From: the human T2T-CHM13v2.0 reference genome, Homo sapiens
Strand: one strand, 5' to 3'
NCBI RefSeq assembly: GCF_009914755.1
Contig: NC_060932.1
DNA: 64,000 nucleotides
The position numbers were made by a program, and so were the translations under genes. Every line of letters starts with the position of its first letter. Position 1 is the stretch's first letter. Of the stretch, positions 48,985 to 64,000 are shown in pieces. The notes under the pieces were generated by a model. That model ran no database searches, was not told the DNA's origin, and saw only the letters and a program-made list of their open reading frames with translations.

Positions 48985-50572
48985 ATGGTAGGCAGAATTC
49001 TAACTTGGCCCCCAAGATTCCTGCACCCTGGTGCACCCACACCTCTTCCCCATTGTTTAATTAAACATGAATGTATGGACTGCTTAGAGAGATATGTCCA
49101 GATGTAATTAAGGTCCCATATCAGCTGACCTTAAAGTGGACAGATTATCAGAGTGAGACTTACCTAACCACATGAGCTTTTTAAATCTAGATCTAGATCA
49201 AGATACAGAGGTCAGAGACAGAGGAAGACAAAGTTGTGAAGCACCAAGAGGATTCAGTGTGTGGGAATTTCTCCATTGCTGACTTGAAGAGGCAGGGGAC
49301 CCTGGTGAGGAATGTGGGTGCCTTCTAGGGGTTGAGGGCAGCTCCTGGCTGACAGCCAGCACAGAAACAGAACCTCAGTCTTACAGCCACAAGGGACTGA
49401 ATTATGCCACAACCATGTGAGCTTCAAAGATGTATTAGTCTGCTTGGGATTCCATAACAAGATATCGTAGACTGGGTGGCCTGGACAACAGGAATTTGTT
49501 TATTCACAGTTCTGGAGGCTGGAAGTACAAAATCAAGGTGCTGGCAGTGTTGATTTCTGGTGAGGCTTCTCTTCCCGGCTTGCAGTCAGACACCGTCTCG
49601 CTATGCCCTCCTGCAGCCTTTCCTTTGCATGTAGCATGTGGGAGTGAAGGGGGAGAGATTATTTTTGGCATCGCCTCCACTTTTTATTTTTATTTCTAAA
49701 AAGTATTAATATTTATGTTTTATTTAGAGACAGAGTCTCACTCTGTCACCCAGGCTGGAGTGTAGTGGTGTGATCATAGGTCACGGTAACCTCAAAGTCT
49801 TCCTGGCCTCAAGTGATCCTCCTGCCTTAGCCTCCCAAAGTGCTGGGATTACAGACATCAGCCATCACATCTGGCCGCTGCCTCTTCGTATAAGAACACC
49901 AGTCCTTTTCATTGTAGGTCCTATCTCCAAATAAAAGTTACGTTGGGAGCTGGGGTTTCAATGTATGGATTTTGGGGGAACACAATTCAGTCCATAACAG
50001 AAGAAGACCCTGAACTCTAGATTAGAATTCAGGTTGGCAGCCCAGGCTGACACCTTGATTTCAGCTCAGTGAGACTCTGAGCAGATAACCCAGCCTTGCC
50101 AAGCCCAGACTTCTGGCCACCAGAATCTGTGAGATAATATACTTTTGCTGTTTCAAGCTGATATTGTTTGGCTGTGTCCCCACCCAAATCTCATATTGAA
50201 TTGTAGCTCCATAGTCCCCACGTGTCATGGGAGAGACCCTGTGGGAGGTAACTGAATCATGGGGGTGGGTTTTGCTGTGTTGTTCTTGTGAAAGTGAATA
50301 AGTCTCACGAGATCTGATGGTTTTATATAGGGCAGTTCCCCTGCACATGCTCTCTTGCCTGCTGCCATGTAGGACATGCCTTTGCTCCTGCTTCGCCTTC
50401 TGCCATGATTGTGAGGCCTCCTCAGCCATGTGGAACTATGAGTCCATTAAACCTCTTTTTCGTTATAAATTACCCAGTCTTTGGTATGTCTTTACTAGCA
50501 GTGTGAGAACGGACTAATACACAAGCCATTAATTTTGTGGTAATTTGTTAGGAAGCAATAGAAAATAAAGAT
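48985..50572 (+). mobile_element. MLT1D/E LTR containing an MLT1A (49431-49999, minus, itself holding an Alu monomer 49715-49876) and a THE1 (50159-50521, plus)
   Basis: THE1 TSD caagc at 50154-50158 and 50522-50526; the outer MLT1 resumes after each insert. Confidence 0.85.
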
Positions 50573-50806
50573 GGGGCACCTAAATATTGTAGGCCAATCT
50601 CATTTTATTCATGTGGAAAATCATGTCCAAAGAAACACAAATAGTAACATGATTTGTCGAAGTTTACTCTGTCAGAGTTGATGGGAGACAAGAACTCCAA
50701 CAACATTATTCTTACTCTAGACCTCTTTCCAAAATAATTTTTACTTCTTGGTCTCCTGCTGATGTAGCCAATTAGGTTTTATTCTAAAAAAAAAGAGCTA
50801 CTTTGA

Positions 50807-50960
50807 GGCTGGGTGTGGTGACTCATGCCTGTAATCCCACTGCTTTGGGAGGTCCAGGCAGGAGGATCGCTTTGGCTAGGGAGTTCAAGGCTGCGGTGAG
50901 CCGTGATGGTGCACTGCACTCCAGCCTGAGCAACAGAGCCAGACCCTGTCTCAAAAAACC
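50807..50960 (+). mobile_element. Alu monomer
   Basis: Single-arm Alu. Confidence 0.8.
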
Positions 50961-51079
50961 AAGCCACTTTGTCTCAAATCCCCTTCCTCTGCTTTCCAGA
51001 CACTGTGCAGGTCACTAGGAAAGCTCTAGAGATTTAGCTCCCAATTTCTAGAAAGTTCTTTCTGGTTCACTTATATGCA

Positions 51080-51220
51080 AGGTTTATGCAAACAGGGTCC
51101 ACAGACCACCTCTATTTGAGTCACCTACACTGTTTGCCAAAAAATGTGAATTCCTGGGCCCCACCCTGACAGACTGACTCCGTGGGTGATGATGATGCAC
51201 ATTAAGGCTGCAGAAACATG
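51080..51220. mobile_element. MER5A-like hAT remnant
   Basis: 'aaaaatgtgaattcctgggccccaccc' core. Confidence 0.55.
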
Positions 51221-51562
51221 ACTGCATGCCGTGTGTGCCCTTTCCTATGTGCTGGCTCCTCCGAGGAGATCAAAAACATCTGTTCATCATTCTATGCATA
51301 ATAGGCCATAGCATAATTTTGATTACTTCATTCCCACAAGACTGCAGTGAGATGGATTCATCTTACCACTGGAAAGTGTCCAATGTCGGGATCCTTCCTG
51401 GTTTTCCCAGGGCATCACATCATATTTCTCCTTGTTCTGCTTGCATCAGCCAAATCCATTATTACCAAAGAAACAGGGTTATTAGGAAACACCTACCTGA
51501 CCCTTAGGAGGAAGACTTTACTAGTCACCATTTGGGGTTTGTATATAAAGATCCTGATGGCT

Positions 51563-51877
51563 TGTTTTTATTTTTTTCTTTTATTTTTATTTATTTATTT
51601 TTAGAGACAGGGTCTCACTTTGTCACCCAGCCAGGAGTGCAGTGGTGCAATCATAGCTCACTGTAGCCTTGAACTCCTGGGCTCAAGCGATCCTCTTGTC
51701 TTAGTCTCCCCAGTAGCTAGGACTACAGGCATGCACCACCATGCCCTGCTAATTTTTTAAATTTTTTGTAGAGACGGGGGTCTGATTATGTTTCCCTGGC
51801 TGATCTGAAACTCCTCTTCTCAAATGATCCTCCCACCTTGGCCTCCTGAAGTGTTGGGATTACAGGCGTGAGCCACT
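51563..51877 (-). mobile_element. AluJ
   Basis: Alu consensus. Confidence 0.9.
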
Positions 51878-53060
51878 CTTTGTTTTCTGAGTGCTATTCA
51901 TTTCAAGAGATTTGTGTTTCAGACCATGGTCAAGGTTTTGAACTTTGTCCCTCTCTGTGATGAGGGAAGAAAACCCAACACACTTTGTTAGAAATAAAAG
52001 TAACCACAATTTTCCCTGTTCACATTAATAAGGCTGCGTCCCAATCCCAGTCTTAAATGATGGGAATCTGTGCATGCCATTTCTTACTTGGTTACCCCGT
52101 CGTTTAGATGTGGTTGCTCTTAACGTTTAAATTTTTCTTTTGGCAAGGTGCTTGCTGTCTATTGGAGTACATGGTCACTCAAAATTCGTTGGTCAACTGT
52201 ACATATTATGCAACACAGTTATGAATCTCAGGAATCTGAATGCCGTAGCATGCTTTGCGTCCAGTGACAACCTTCTTTTGAGCAGGAGGATTGTCCTACT
52301 CCTCGTTTCATAAAGATGCTCATATTTAAGATGGAAAAGTTCTTACAACATACCTTTTAATACTAAATGGTAGAGTGGGAGATAATCTGGGGGAAATTAA
52401 AAAAAAATCTGGCCCAGAAGCCAGCATTATGGAATACAGCATAATTTCTGTTTACTACTACATTTAAAGGAGGATATTGTGGACTGTCCAAAAATGTGAT
52501 CAGTTCTCTTTTAACCTTGGCATGTTGTCTCAGCCTCTGTCTGTTTACATGGTTGGCCTTTAGAGATTAGAGGTTTTAAAGAATTAGATGGATCTAAGTG
52601 TTTGCAAATTCTATTAGGGATGCTTTGCAAGCCTAGGAAATAAAAAAAAATATACTCCAGGCTCTTGGCTGCTCAGTGGTACAAACTCATTGCAGCCTGA
52701 AGCTCTGCCAACACCGATCTGTTATGCCCTGGGCAATCAAAAGAGCTTTCACCAGCAGGGACTGGCCAGCTTGGCTGGGTGCTGGCCATTGAGTATAACA
52801 CTGGGGAGAGGGCAGCCTACTCCTCAAAATGTACTCTTGTTGGACCAGTGTTCCTAGAGCTGCCATTTTTCAAGAGAAATCAACAATCATATTTTAAAGA
52901 TTTACTGATTTTAACTGCAACAAATTAAATTTTTGGAAAACACACTGTGTGCCAATCAAAATACATCTGTGGACATCTTTGGACTTTTAGGGCACCCAGT
53001 GTGCAATCCAAATACCCTAGTTCTTCATAAAGCTGAAGTGAAAGAATGTACCCAGAAAAG

Positions 53061-53857
53061 GTCCAGGAGACAGGAGAAACTAGATTGTTTTTGCTACTCT
53101 CATACTCAACACAGAGCTGGATGTGTCGGGTTTTTCTTCCACACCAACTGATTCTCTGACACTGAGTGTCCTACAGTGTAATTCAGCTCTGACACTACCT
53201 ACCTAGAGAGTCAGAAACCACAGGTTAAGGGATCTGTCCCACAAGGCTGCCTCCCACTTCTGATGCCAATTGCAAATTCTGACAACTAACTATAAATTGG
53301 AGGTTCCCATCACCCCTTCCTCGGATTTACACTTGCTAGAGTGGCTCAAAACTCAGGGAAACACTCTACTTACTATTGCTGATTTATTATGAAGGATATT
53401 TTAAAGGATACAAAGGGACAGCCAGATGAAGGGATACATAGGAGAGGTTCAGAAGGTCTAGAACACAGGAGCTTCTGTCCCCGTGGAGCTGGGGTGCACC
53501 ACTCTTCCGGAATATGGATATGTTCAGCAACCCAGAAGCTCTCCTGGCCCTGCCCTTTTGGGTTTTGATGGAGGCTTCATTGCATAGGCATGGTTGATTA
53601 AATCATTGGTGATTGGCGATCAACTCAACCTTCAGCTCCTCTCGTCTCCTGGGGGTAAAGGGGTGGGGCTGAAAGTTCCAACCCTCCAATCACTTGGTTG
53701 GCTCCCCTGGCAATCAACCCTCATCCCGAGGCTACCAAGGGTCCCCCCCCACCATCAATCATCTCATTAACGTACGAAAAGACATGTATCACTTCTGAAA
53801 TTTGGAACCTAGATGAAGATCAAATGTGTATTTCTTATTATAAATCACAATATCACA
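53061..53857 (-). mobile_element. MER21C-like LTR
   Basis: Ends 'tataaatcacaatatcaca'; MER21 internal motifs. Confidence 0.85.
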
Positions 53858-54517
53858 GAAAGTTTCCTGCCTTGGGAGTTATTAAATGACTACTTCGGAA
53901 CTATGTGCCTAATCTCCTGAATTTGTTTATTTGTTAACTTTGTGGAAATGGCTTTAGCTGGCTTGAGCTAGAGTGTAATTCAATTTTTCTTTTAAAAAAA
54001 AAAGGCATTTCTCTGTTCTCCTACCCTCTAAAGAACTATATACATATATATGTATTTTTTTTAACCATTCCTCAAATGTATGCTGCTGTGGTGAATGCTG
54101 GCATGCACTTTCAGATCCCCTGCTTCTGTACCAAGGCCCTCATTTTCCCAGCTGCTGGGAGTGCTGGCTGGTCACAGCTCCCAACTCCCTCTCTTTTTGG
54201 GAGTTGTGGGCTGAAGGGAGATGCTCCACCAAAAGTTACACTTTCTCCTGGGGATGTTTGTGCAGTCTGCAGTCATTGACTGGTCAATTCAGGGGTACAA
54301 AGGCATGGCCAACTTGCCTTAATCTGGGACAACCCTGAAGACTCATCCAAGGTCCAGATCACAGGATTCATCACAGGATCAGCTATGGCCTCTGTAGAGA
54401 GCATTGTAGGTCAGAACTGATAGCAGGAGATGCTGTCACATCACCTGGCCTTCGTGATGGAGGCCAGGTGGCACTGCTTACCCATTGAAAGCAAAATGGG
54501 TGCAATTATTGTAATAA

Positions 54518-54956
54518 TGGGTCTGGAGTTGGATTCAAGAATGGATCTGTGGATCTTTGTGGTGAGTGTTACAGCTGTTAAAGATGGGATGGACCCAAAG
54601 GGTGAGCAGCAGCAAGATTTATTGTGAAGAGCAAAAGAACAAAACTTCCACAGTGTGGAAGGGAACCCGAGCTGGTGGCCTGGCTGAGGTGGCCACTGCT
54701 GGCTGGGGTGGCCAGCTTTTATTCCCTTATTTGTCCCCGCCCATGTCCTGCTGTTTGGTCCATTTTACAGAGTGCTGGTTGGTCTATTTTACAGAGTGCT
54801 GAGTGGTCCATTTTACAAACCTCTAGCTAGCCACAGAGTGTTGATTGGTGCGTTTTTACAGAGCTCTGATTGGTGCATTTTACAATCCCCTTGTAAGACA
54901 GAAAAGTTTTCCAAGTCCCCACTCCACTCAGGAAGTCCAGATGGCTTCACCTCTCA
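54518..54956 (-). mobile_element. LTR12F solo LTR inserted in the ERVL fossil
   Basis: TGAGAGGTGAAGCC start; 4-bp TSD ataa at 54514-54517 and 54957-54960; most CCAAT repeats mutated. Confidence 0.88.
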
Positions 54957-55120
54957 ATAAGTAGCAGGCTTGGAATGGTAGCCAGGCAGGCTTGAACTTC
55001 AGAGAGTTATGGAAATGTTTAATAGCACGTGATGTACTAGGGTAAAGAGAAATGGCCATTGATAAGAGTATTGCTTCATTTGTTAATATATAAGCAAAAT
55101 AAATCAGGATGAATGATCAG

Positions 55121-55429
<309 letters not shown>

Positions 55430-55832
55430 TCACTATTCTTGCCCAATTTTTGGATGGAGTCACTTCCCAGACACTGACTGAAGGAGAAAGTCTTTCCTGT
55501 GAGGAAGCATGCAGAAGTGCCATGGCAGGTGTATGCATTAATTAGTTTCCAAGTTCTTTTCCAAGAAGATGATGGCTGTTTACTCAGGTAGTGTTGCACT
55601 GGGAAAACCCCACCCTGTGTAAAGCGGAATACCTCAACATTTTGAAGACTCTCGGACTCAGGGTCCAAGTTGACATTGATATCTGGGGACCAAAAGCATT
55701 ATTATGTCTCTCAGAATGATGGCATATGGGATCTAGGTAATGAATGGAGTCTTGGCCAAGTCCAGCTCAAAAAGGATCCACAAACCCACTCAGTAGTCAT
55801 TTCCCGTTTTCCAAAATAATTAATTAGAATGG

Positions 55833-56000
55833 GCACACTTCGAAGCAATCCATGCGTTTCAAATGAAATTACAAGGCAAGTTAGGAAATGTTTCAAATGT
55901 AATGGTAATAATAAAACTACAACATCAAAATTGTAAGATGTAATGCTTAGAGTGGAATTTCTAGCCTTCAATGATTATATTAGAAAAGAAGAAAAGTCTC
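55833..56000 (+). mobile_element. Internal L1M ORF2 fragment without 3' end, flanked by a 9-bp direct repeat
   Basis: Matches the post-endonuclease region (NEITRQVRKCF...NDYIRKEEKS); ttagaatgg at 55824-55832 and 56001-56009. Confidence 0.75.
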
Positions 56001-56625
56001 TTAGAATGGAGATATGTGGAAGTTGGTAGCATTCTCATATTGGTTTCTTGGCTTTTGGGTTAAGAGGAGAGGTTATACGGAGAGGCCAACTGGAAGCCTT
56101 AGAAACTGTCCTACTTCCTGGTCAAGAGAGTAAATGAAAAAAAATACTGCAAGCTAGGTATATTCCAGAGATTAACACCCCTATGCAAAGACTTAAAAAA
56201 GGTAGAAGTGGTCATCCCATCATATTTCCATTTAGTTCACCAGTTTTAATCTTACAAAAACCAAATAATTTCTGGTAGATGATGGTGGACTACCACAAAT
56301 TTAATCACATAGTAGCATCATTGGTGGTTGCAATGCCTGATATACTTTTGCTAGAACACATTAACATAATGTTGGATAAATGGTCTACAGCTATCAGTAT
56401 GGTGAATGTATTCTTTCCATTATCAAGAAGAAAGTTGAGAACCGGTTTTAGTTTTTGTGGATTGAACCACAGTATGCATTTATGGTCTTTCGTCTGGACT
56501 ATGCTGTCTTTGCCTCTGTTGTAATACAGTCTGAAGGGACTCGGATTATCTGGACATTGTTTAGAACTTCATATTGGTCTATTGTATTAATGATATGTTA
56601 ACCAGAGAAAATGAGAAGTACATGG

Positions 56626-56981
56626 CAATATAGTCTGGCTGTGTCCCCATCCAAATATCACTTTGAATTGTAATAATCCACACGTGTCAAGGGTGGGGCC
56701 AAGTGGAGATAATTGAATCACGGGGGCAGTTTCCCCCATACTGTTCTCCTGGTAGTGAATAAGTCTCACAAGATCTGATGGTTTTATAAATGGGAGTTCC
56801 CCTGCACAAGCCTTCTTGCCTGCTCCCATGTAAGACATGACTTTGCTTCTCCTTTGCCTTCTGCCATGATTGTGAGGCCTCCCCAGCCATGTGAAACTGT
56901 GAGTCCATTAAACCTCTTTCTTTTATAAATTACCCAGTCTTGGGTATGTCTTTATTAGCAGCATGAAAACAGACAAATACA
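56626..56981 (+). mobile_element. THE1 solo LTR
   Basis: TSD catgg at 56621-56625 and 56982-56986. Confidence 0.9.
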
Positions 56982-57829
56982 CATGGCAAATATATGGGAA
57001 GATACATGAGTTTCAGGGTTAGAGATAAAATGTACTTCTCTCCATTGGAGGGTGAAGCCAATAAGGAAGAAGCATAGACAAGCAGAACCGAAAGGAAAAA
57101 TGAGGAGGCAGATGAAGCCGGGAGGGAGAGGAAGACTCTGCGTGTACCTGATCTCCTGCTGGGCTTCCCAGTGATTTGAGTAAATAAATTGCTTTTTTTT
57201 TTTTGTCTTAAGCTGGGTTGAGTTGAAATTTTGTCACATGTAACCACTGACACTCATTGACAGTCTGCCCAGATTAATTCATTTTCATGGGAAATGTGCC
57301 CTTACAAAAAGGACACATTCTGGCCTTTCTTCTGTATGGCACATGTCTCTTAGAGACTGTACCACCTTCAAACAAGGGGGACACCTACCCTCTTCCCTGC
57401 ATCTCCCCGTTAGAGAGGAGAAAAAGTTAAGCATTCTTCCTTATGCAGATTGCATGGCTTTATTATCACAGACTGGGAGAAATCTCAGTACACAACTGGC
57501 TCTGTGATCTGATCATTGGCAAAAATTATGATCCCAGGTCAACCATTTCAACTAATAATGGTTGTTTTAGTAAGTAGTATACTTTATCCAAAAGTTGATT
57601 GTTTAAATAATTGAACAAATCAACTTAATTACCTTGGGGTATATCAAGTTTATTTTAGAGGATTCACCAGAAAATTACAGCTCTTGAAGGTAGATGCATA
57701 ATGAGGATTTTACAGAGAATTTTGTTCTCTTTTACATGAGTGAGCATTTGCTAATACTCACTTTAAAAGTTTTTGTGGTTACAATTATTGTGGCTAATTT
57801 CTGTGGCAGTAACCAGTTAGCAGTTACAA

Positions 57830-59500
57830 TAAAAAAAAGATTCTGTTTGCATTAGCAACAAAAAAGAGAAAATGTCTACGAATAACACTAAAACAAAAAC
57901 TGTGAATCTTTATGGAGAAAATGATGAAATTTATCTGAGAGACAGAAAATAATTTGAATGATGTAGACATGTAAAATGTTTCTGAAGAGAAGCATGATTA
58001 ATGTGGAAATGTCAATTCTTCCCAAATTAAAGTTTTAATGTAATTACTATAAAAATTAAATTGGATTTCTTTTTTACTTTTGGAAATTGCCAGTTTTTTT
58101 AGTATCACTTAGAAGAATAAACAGGTGAAATAAAACAACATTAAGAAAATGCTGAAAAAATATAATGAGGCAGAAACAAGCTTACTGGATTGTATTGAAA
58201 ATATTTATTACTTATTATAAAGCATAGCAATTATATCTGCACAGTACTGGCAGATAAGTAGAAAGATAATTCAGAAGAAGAATGTGATTCAAATAAAATG
58301 TAATATCTGATAAATGATGTAACATAAGTAATAAAGGGTAGGATTATTTAATGATTACTTATAAAGTAATTAGAAAATAGTCTGTTTAGAATTATTTTAC
58401 TAAATGCTCACCTATTTTCTGATGGATTAAAAGACTGCATTTAAAAACAACAAAATGTAAATAAAAATGAATAGTCTTCTGATCCAGAGATTGAACAGGA
58501 TATTTAGCCCAAAGGCAATGAAAGAGAAGACTGTGGTTGATTTGATTTCTTACCTAAAGAAAAATTAAAAAATTGTTTTGACTTAAAAATTTAGAACAAA
58601 ACAATACAAAGTAAAAAACCAATAACAAAGAAGAAAAGTATTTTTAACAGCTCTCTAAGGGAATATCATGTTTAGTATATAAATAAATCACACAAATCAA
58701 TAAAAATATATTGAGACTCAAGTTCAGTAAAAGAGAAAAAGTTGTGAACAATTCAGAGAATTACCCAAGAAACATTAAGAATTTTACTCTCAAATGGTGG
58801 CTCATGCCTGTAATCCCAGCACTTTGGGAAGCTGAGGCAGGAGGATCACTTGAGCCCAGGAGTTTGCGACCAGCCTAGTCAAAATAGCTAGACTCCATTT
58901 CTACCAAAAAATAAAAAACTTAGCCAAGTATGGTGGCATGCTCCTGTAGTTTGAGCTGCTCAGGAGGCTGAGGCAGCAGAATAGCCTAAGCCTGGGAGGT
59001 CCAGGCTGCAGTGAGCCCTGATTGCCCCACTGCACTACATACAATCTGAGTGCTAGAGTGAGACCTTGTCCCCTGGCAAAAAAATAATAATCAGATGAAT
59101 GTAAAATAAAACAATGAGATACTGTTTTAAGTATGCAGTTATCAAACAGCAAATGTCTAATGCTTGAGCATACTTGTTTAAATTTTAAATTGTAATTACA
59201 TGCTTGTATTACACTTTGATTGTATATATTGAAAACTCTCAAACTGTTAATATTGTCTGATTTGGCACTTCCAGTTCTCAGAATCTATCCTAAGGAAATA
59301 ATCCAAAATGCAGATTTCCACAAAACATATTAATTATAGCATCATTCATAACTGTGAAAAATAGAAACAAGTTAAATATCCACTGAACAGGAAATGAAGG
59401 TAAATTTTATTAGATCCATACAGAACAGCCATTTAAAATTATACTTAGAAAAAACTTTTATTGTTTGTATTGCAATGTTAAATGAAATTAATATTAATAT
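57830..59500 (+). mobile_element. Old L1M ORF2/3' fragments with AluJ at 58794-59090
   Basis: A-rich sense L1M-like text ('aatgtcaattcttcccaaattaa', 'gaatctatcctaaggaaataatc'). Confidence 0.65.
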
Positions 59501-59527
59501 TTAAATATATATTTAGAATTAATATAA

Positions 59528-60224
<697 letters not shown>

Positions 60225-61846
60225 TAATCTAATAATGAAAAGATTACCAGAGCTAAAGTTTGCTGCACTGACAGCTTGGTTTTGATTGTGTTAGGAGATA
60301 CACATTAGACAACCAAGTAGAAAAGTAGAGTAGACAGTCAAATATACACATGTTGAGGCCAGGACTTTAGAAATAAATGTGTGAGCCACCAGCATAGAGA
60401 TGGCATGTAAAAGCATAAATGGGATGAGGGCACCCGAGGAGTGAGTATAGATAGAGAAGATAGGCATACATGTGGGTATTTCGTAGTATGTGTGCCCAAG
60501 GACCCTTTTAGAAATTTGAGCCTGCTATATAATGGGATTAGTATAATGTCCCCAAATGAAAGTAATTTCAGTAAGAATTCCAGAAAAGTTTGCAGCTTTC
60601 AATACTCTGTTAAATGGCAACCTAAAAACAAGGGAGAACCCATGGAAATTGTTACCAGGGAGACGTCAACATTCCAGGAATAAGAATGCATTGCAGGTCA
60701 GCTGGCTGAACCTCATTGTGACCTGGGAGCCCTGCATGATGAAGGGATGATGGGTGAGCTACCAAGGCTAACATTTTCCCGAGGACATTGAGTTAGGGAA
60801 GTGGCCTCTCCTTGAGGGAAGGAGCCAGATGACTTCTCAGAGAACAACAACCATATTCAAAATATTCTCAAGTTTCTTTTGTTTCTTCTTGTCTGCATCT
60901 GATATCCAGGACATTATTCCACAGGAAAAGGTTAACAGGAAATCAAGATCGGCCCGGTGAGGGAAGAAGGGAAGTGGGAACTTGACTACATGGGTTAGGA
61001 GGGGCACACACAGGTACATGGGTAGCTGAGAAAGGAATTGTACAGAAGAAAAGGTAACTTTGGTACAAGTTGATTAAAAAGGTAAGGATAGGAGTGCTGT
61101 TCAATGATGGACTGAAGACATTCCTCTTTCTGCCCTTCCCAATTCTCACTAAATTGACAGTAAAATAAGTCAAACCATAAGATTTTAGAGAAAGAGAAGA
61201 GGCAATAATGGACGGGAGATGTAAACACATTTTTCTAAGATTGAAAGCAGAACAGAGGAAGATGGAAACCCAGCGCTGGCTGATGAGAACTGAGACCTTT
61301 TCAGGATTTGGTAGCAGCCGGCTCCAGGGAGGATGAGGTGAAGTCACGGGACTAAAAGCAGAGGGGGTTACCTGAAAGTTTCTGTCATAGTTTCTGACGC
61401 CATCCCCCGTGCCCACCTCCCCACTTGAGAAGCAGCCAATCACCCTTGCCCGCCTCAGGAGTCAGAAATCATTCTCTAACTACAGAGAATTTAAAATGGA
61501 GAGGGTGTAGTTTTAGAAACGTAGATTATCTGACGCATTTGACCACACAGAAAATAGTTTTGACGAGGATTTATGAACGTGTGGGAGACCCTGAGACTTT
61601 CGAATTAGAAGAAAAAAGCAAGAGGCATTAATAATTTTTCCAAATCCCAGAAAACAGGACAAGAAAGAAATGTAATTACAAGACCTTTCTTAATGCACTC
61701 CTAATGATGGAAACACTATATCATGATTTAGTTTACAGCTGTGATAGAACTACACCGGGAGGATGGTGGAGGAGAAGAAGGCTACAGACTGGTGGAGGAG
61801 AGATGCCTCTTTTTATGATTAGTTTTACATTATTTGATTTCTTAAA

Positions 61847-62240
<394 letters not shown>

Positions 62241-63038
62241 CTTCAAAATTGTAAAGAGGGGAAAGAATTGTATACTGTCTCTAGGCTCCTCCCATGCCAT
62301 CTCAGTTTCCTCAGCATCTCTGTATTTACTTAGCATTGTAGCCATTTTTAGAATCTCCCCCACCAAGTTTTGAGGAACTTCAAGATTTAAAAGTAGGTAG
62401 AAAAAGATGAGCTAATCAAAGAGACAGAGAAGTGGTCAGACACGTAAGATGAAACCAGGAGTGTTGAAATTAAGAAGGAAATTGTCAACAGCCAAATGCT
62501 GCAGATGGGTCAAATGAGTAACTTTCTCTGTCTTAGCTTTTCCGTAAAGATTGTTTCTCCAAAGCCTCCCACATACTGCTCACCCGCTCCCATCCCAATC
62601 TCAGGCAGGTGCCACATCATGTACTTTCATGGCAGCTGTAATCACTCTATACCTGAGTATCTCTCAGCTGCCCCTACAGTTCTAAGCCTCTTAAGGGAAG
62701 GGGCCATATTCTCTATGTATTCATAGCTAAGCTTTACATAGATAATTCTTCTGTGTATTCAATTTCACATTCTGCTTTTTCTTAATACTTTTTTCTGATG
62801 AAAAAAGTAATATAGATTTAATTTTGAAATTTTAATATTATAGAAATATAAACTACAGAAGGTCAAAGTTCCCTTATCTCCTCACTACCTGCCTATGACT
62901 GTTGTTTAAAGTTTATCTTTTTCTCAGATAGTGTTAGGTAAAATACTTAGGTTAATATATTTTCATAAAAATGTTTAGTGTTTGTATATACATATGATCA
63001 TTTGCAATACCTAAAATTCAGTGTTATTAAAAATTTAG

Positions 63039-63175
63039 AGCCAGGCACAGTGGTATACACCTGTGGACCCAGCTACTCGAGAGGCTGATACCTCTGGGAG
63101 CATCACTTGAATCCAGGAGTTCTGGTCCAGCTTGGACAATATAGTGAGACCCCCATCTCTAAAAAACAAAAATAA
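63039..63175 (+). mobile_element. FLAM/Alu monomer
   Basis: Single arm with A tail. Confidence 0.78.
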
Positions 63176-63329
63176 GAAATTTAGGTTATATCTATTTCTT
63201 ACCATTAGAAATGAAGTTAGATGGATATTTTGTGTTATAGGTTTGTTCCTATTTCTGATTCTTTAGATTCCTAGGAATGTAATTATTTGATCAAAATGTG
63301 TACTTTTAAGACTTTTAATTTATAGTACC

Positions 63330-63900
63330 AAATTAAAGTGGTGGATAGTGTTTTTCAAATTTTTTTATCTTTAGTGACATTTTGCCTAGTCATTTGATCA
63401 ATTACTATAAGAGGTATATTAAGAAATAATGTTTTGAATTCTCCATTTATCCCTTTTTTTACTTTATTCCTTTCATGTATATTAAAGCTCTTAGGGGCAT
63501 ATAACTTTACATTTGTTATATCTCCCTGATTTATTAACCCTTTTATCATTATAAAATTTCCTGTTTGGATCTAATAATATTCCTTGTCTTAAAGTTTATT
63601 TTTTCTGATATTAATATAGCCATTCTGGCTTTCTTTTGATTTGTGTTTGTATGATATTCTATCCTCTTACATTCAATTTATTTATGCCTTTGTGTTTGAA
63701 GTGTGTTTCCTGTAGACAGTAGGCAGTTAGGTCTTCCTTTTTAAAATTAATCTGTCTTTAGGGATATCTAGACCATTTACATTTGATGTGATTACTGTTA
63801 CAGTTATACTTAGTTCCATCACTTTGCTATTTTTCTATTTGTCTTATCTGTCTTATGTCCTTTTGTTTTGTGTTAATCAGGTATTAATTCCTCTATTAGC
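63330..63900 (-). mobile_element. Old L1M ORF2 start (endonuclease region)
   Basis: Minus ORF MIKGLINQGDITNVKLYAP...GEFKT resembles the L1 endonuclease. Confidence 0.75.
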
Positions 63901-63907
63901 TTTTTAG

Positions 63908-64000
63908 CATATATATATATGCTGTATGTGTATATATATATATGCTGTATGTATATATATATATGCTGTATGTGTGTATATATATATATGCTGTATGTGT
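63908..64000. repeat. Compound (TA)n/GCTGTATG minisatellite, runs off the window end
   Basis: Four units of (ta)n-tgctgtatgt(g). Confidence 0.9.

Noticed and set aside
52130-52350. Polypyrimidine-AG acceptor-like site in unique sequence
   Set aside because: No matching donor or coding signal that I can support without transcript data
60943-61443. 166-aa minus ORF and nearby CCAAT/GC box at 61436-61455
   Set aside because: No recognisable domain, non-ATG start; flanks look like old repeat (HAL1/LTR-like) sequence

Overview
Primate (human-like) genomic DNA with no intact protein-coding exon that I can support; most of the window is retroelement-derived. Main items: (1) a full-length, TSD-flanked processed pseudogene of KCTD9 (3324-6324, minus) apparently copied from an exon-skipped mRNA; (2) a near full-length L1PA4/5-type LINE-1 (16366-22574, minus) inserted into the 5' LTR of an ancient ERVL provirus (gag-pro-pol remnants 12810-16057); (3) solo LTRs with clean TSDs (LTR15/MER41-like, LTR12D-like, LTR12F, THE1, MST, MLT, MER21); (4) a second ERVL fossil at about 54080-56620; (5) about 30 Alus, a Tigger2a and old L1M/L2/MIR pieces. 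The least obvious signals are highly decayed Ty3/Gypsy-like reverse transcriptase (9855-10510, plus) and integrase (8692-9460, minus) fossils, a 71-bp inverted duplication beside them, a poly(A)-less internal L1 fragment bounded by a 9-bp duplication, and a CTCF site with its upstream motif. I found no convincing new multi-gene system. Repeat subfamily names come from my recollection of consensus sequences and need RepeatMasker/Dfam confirmation.
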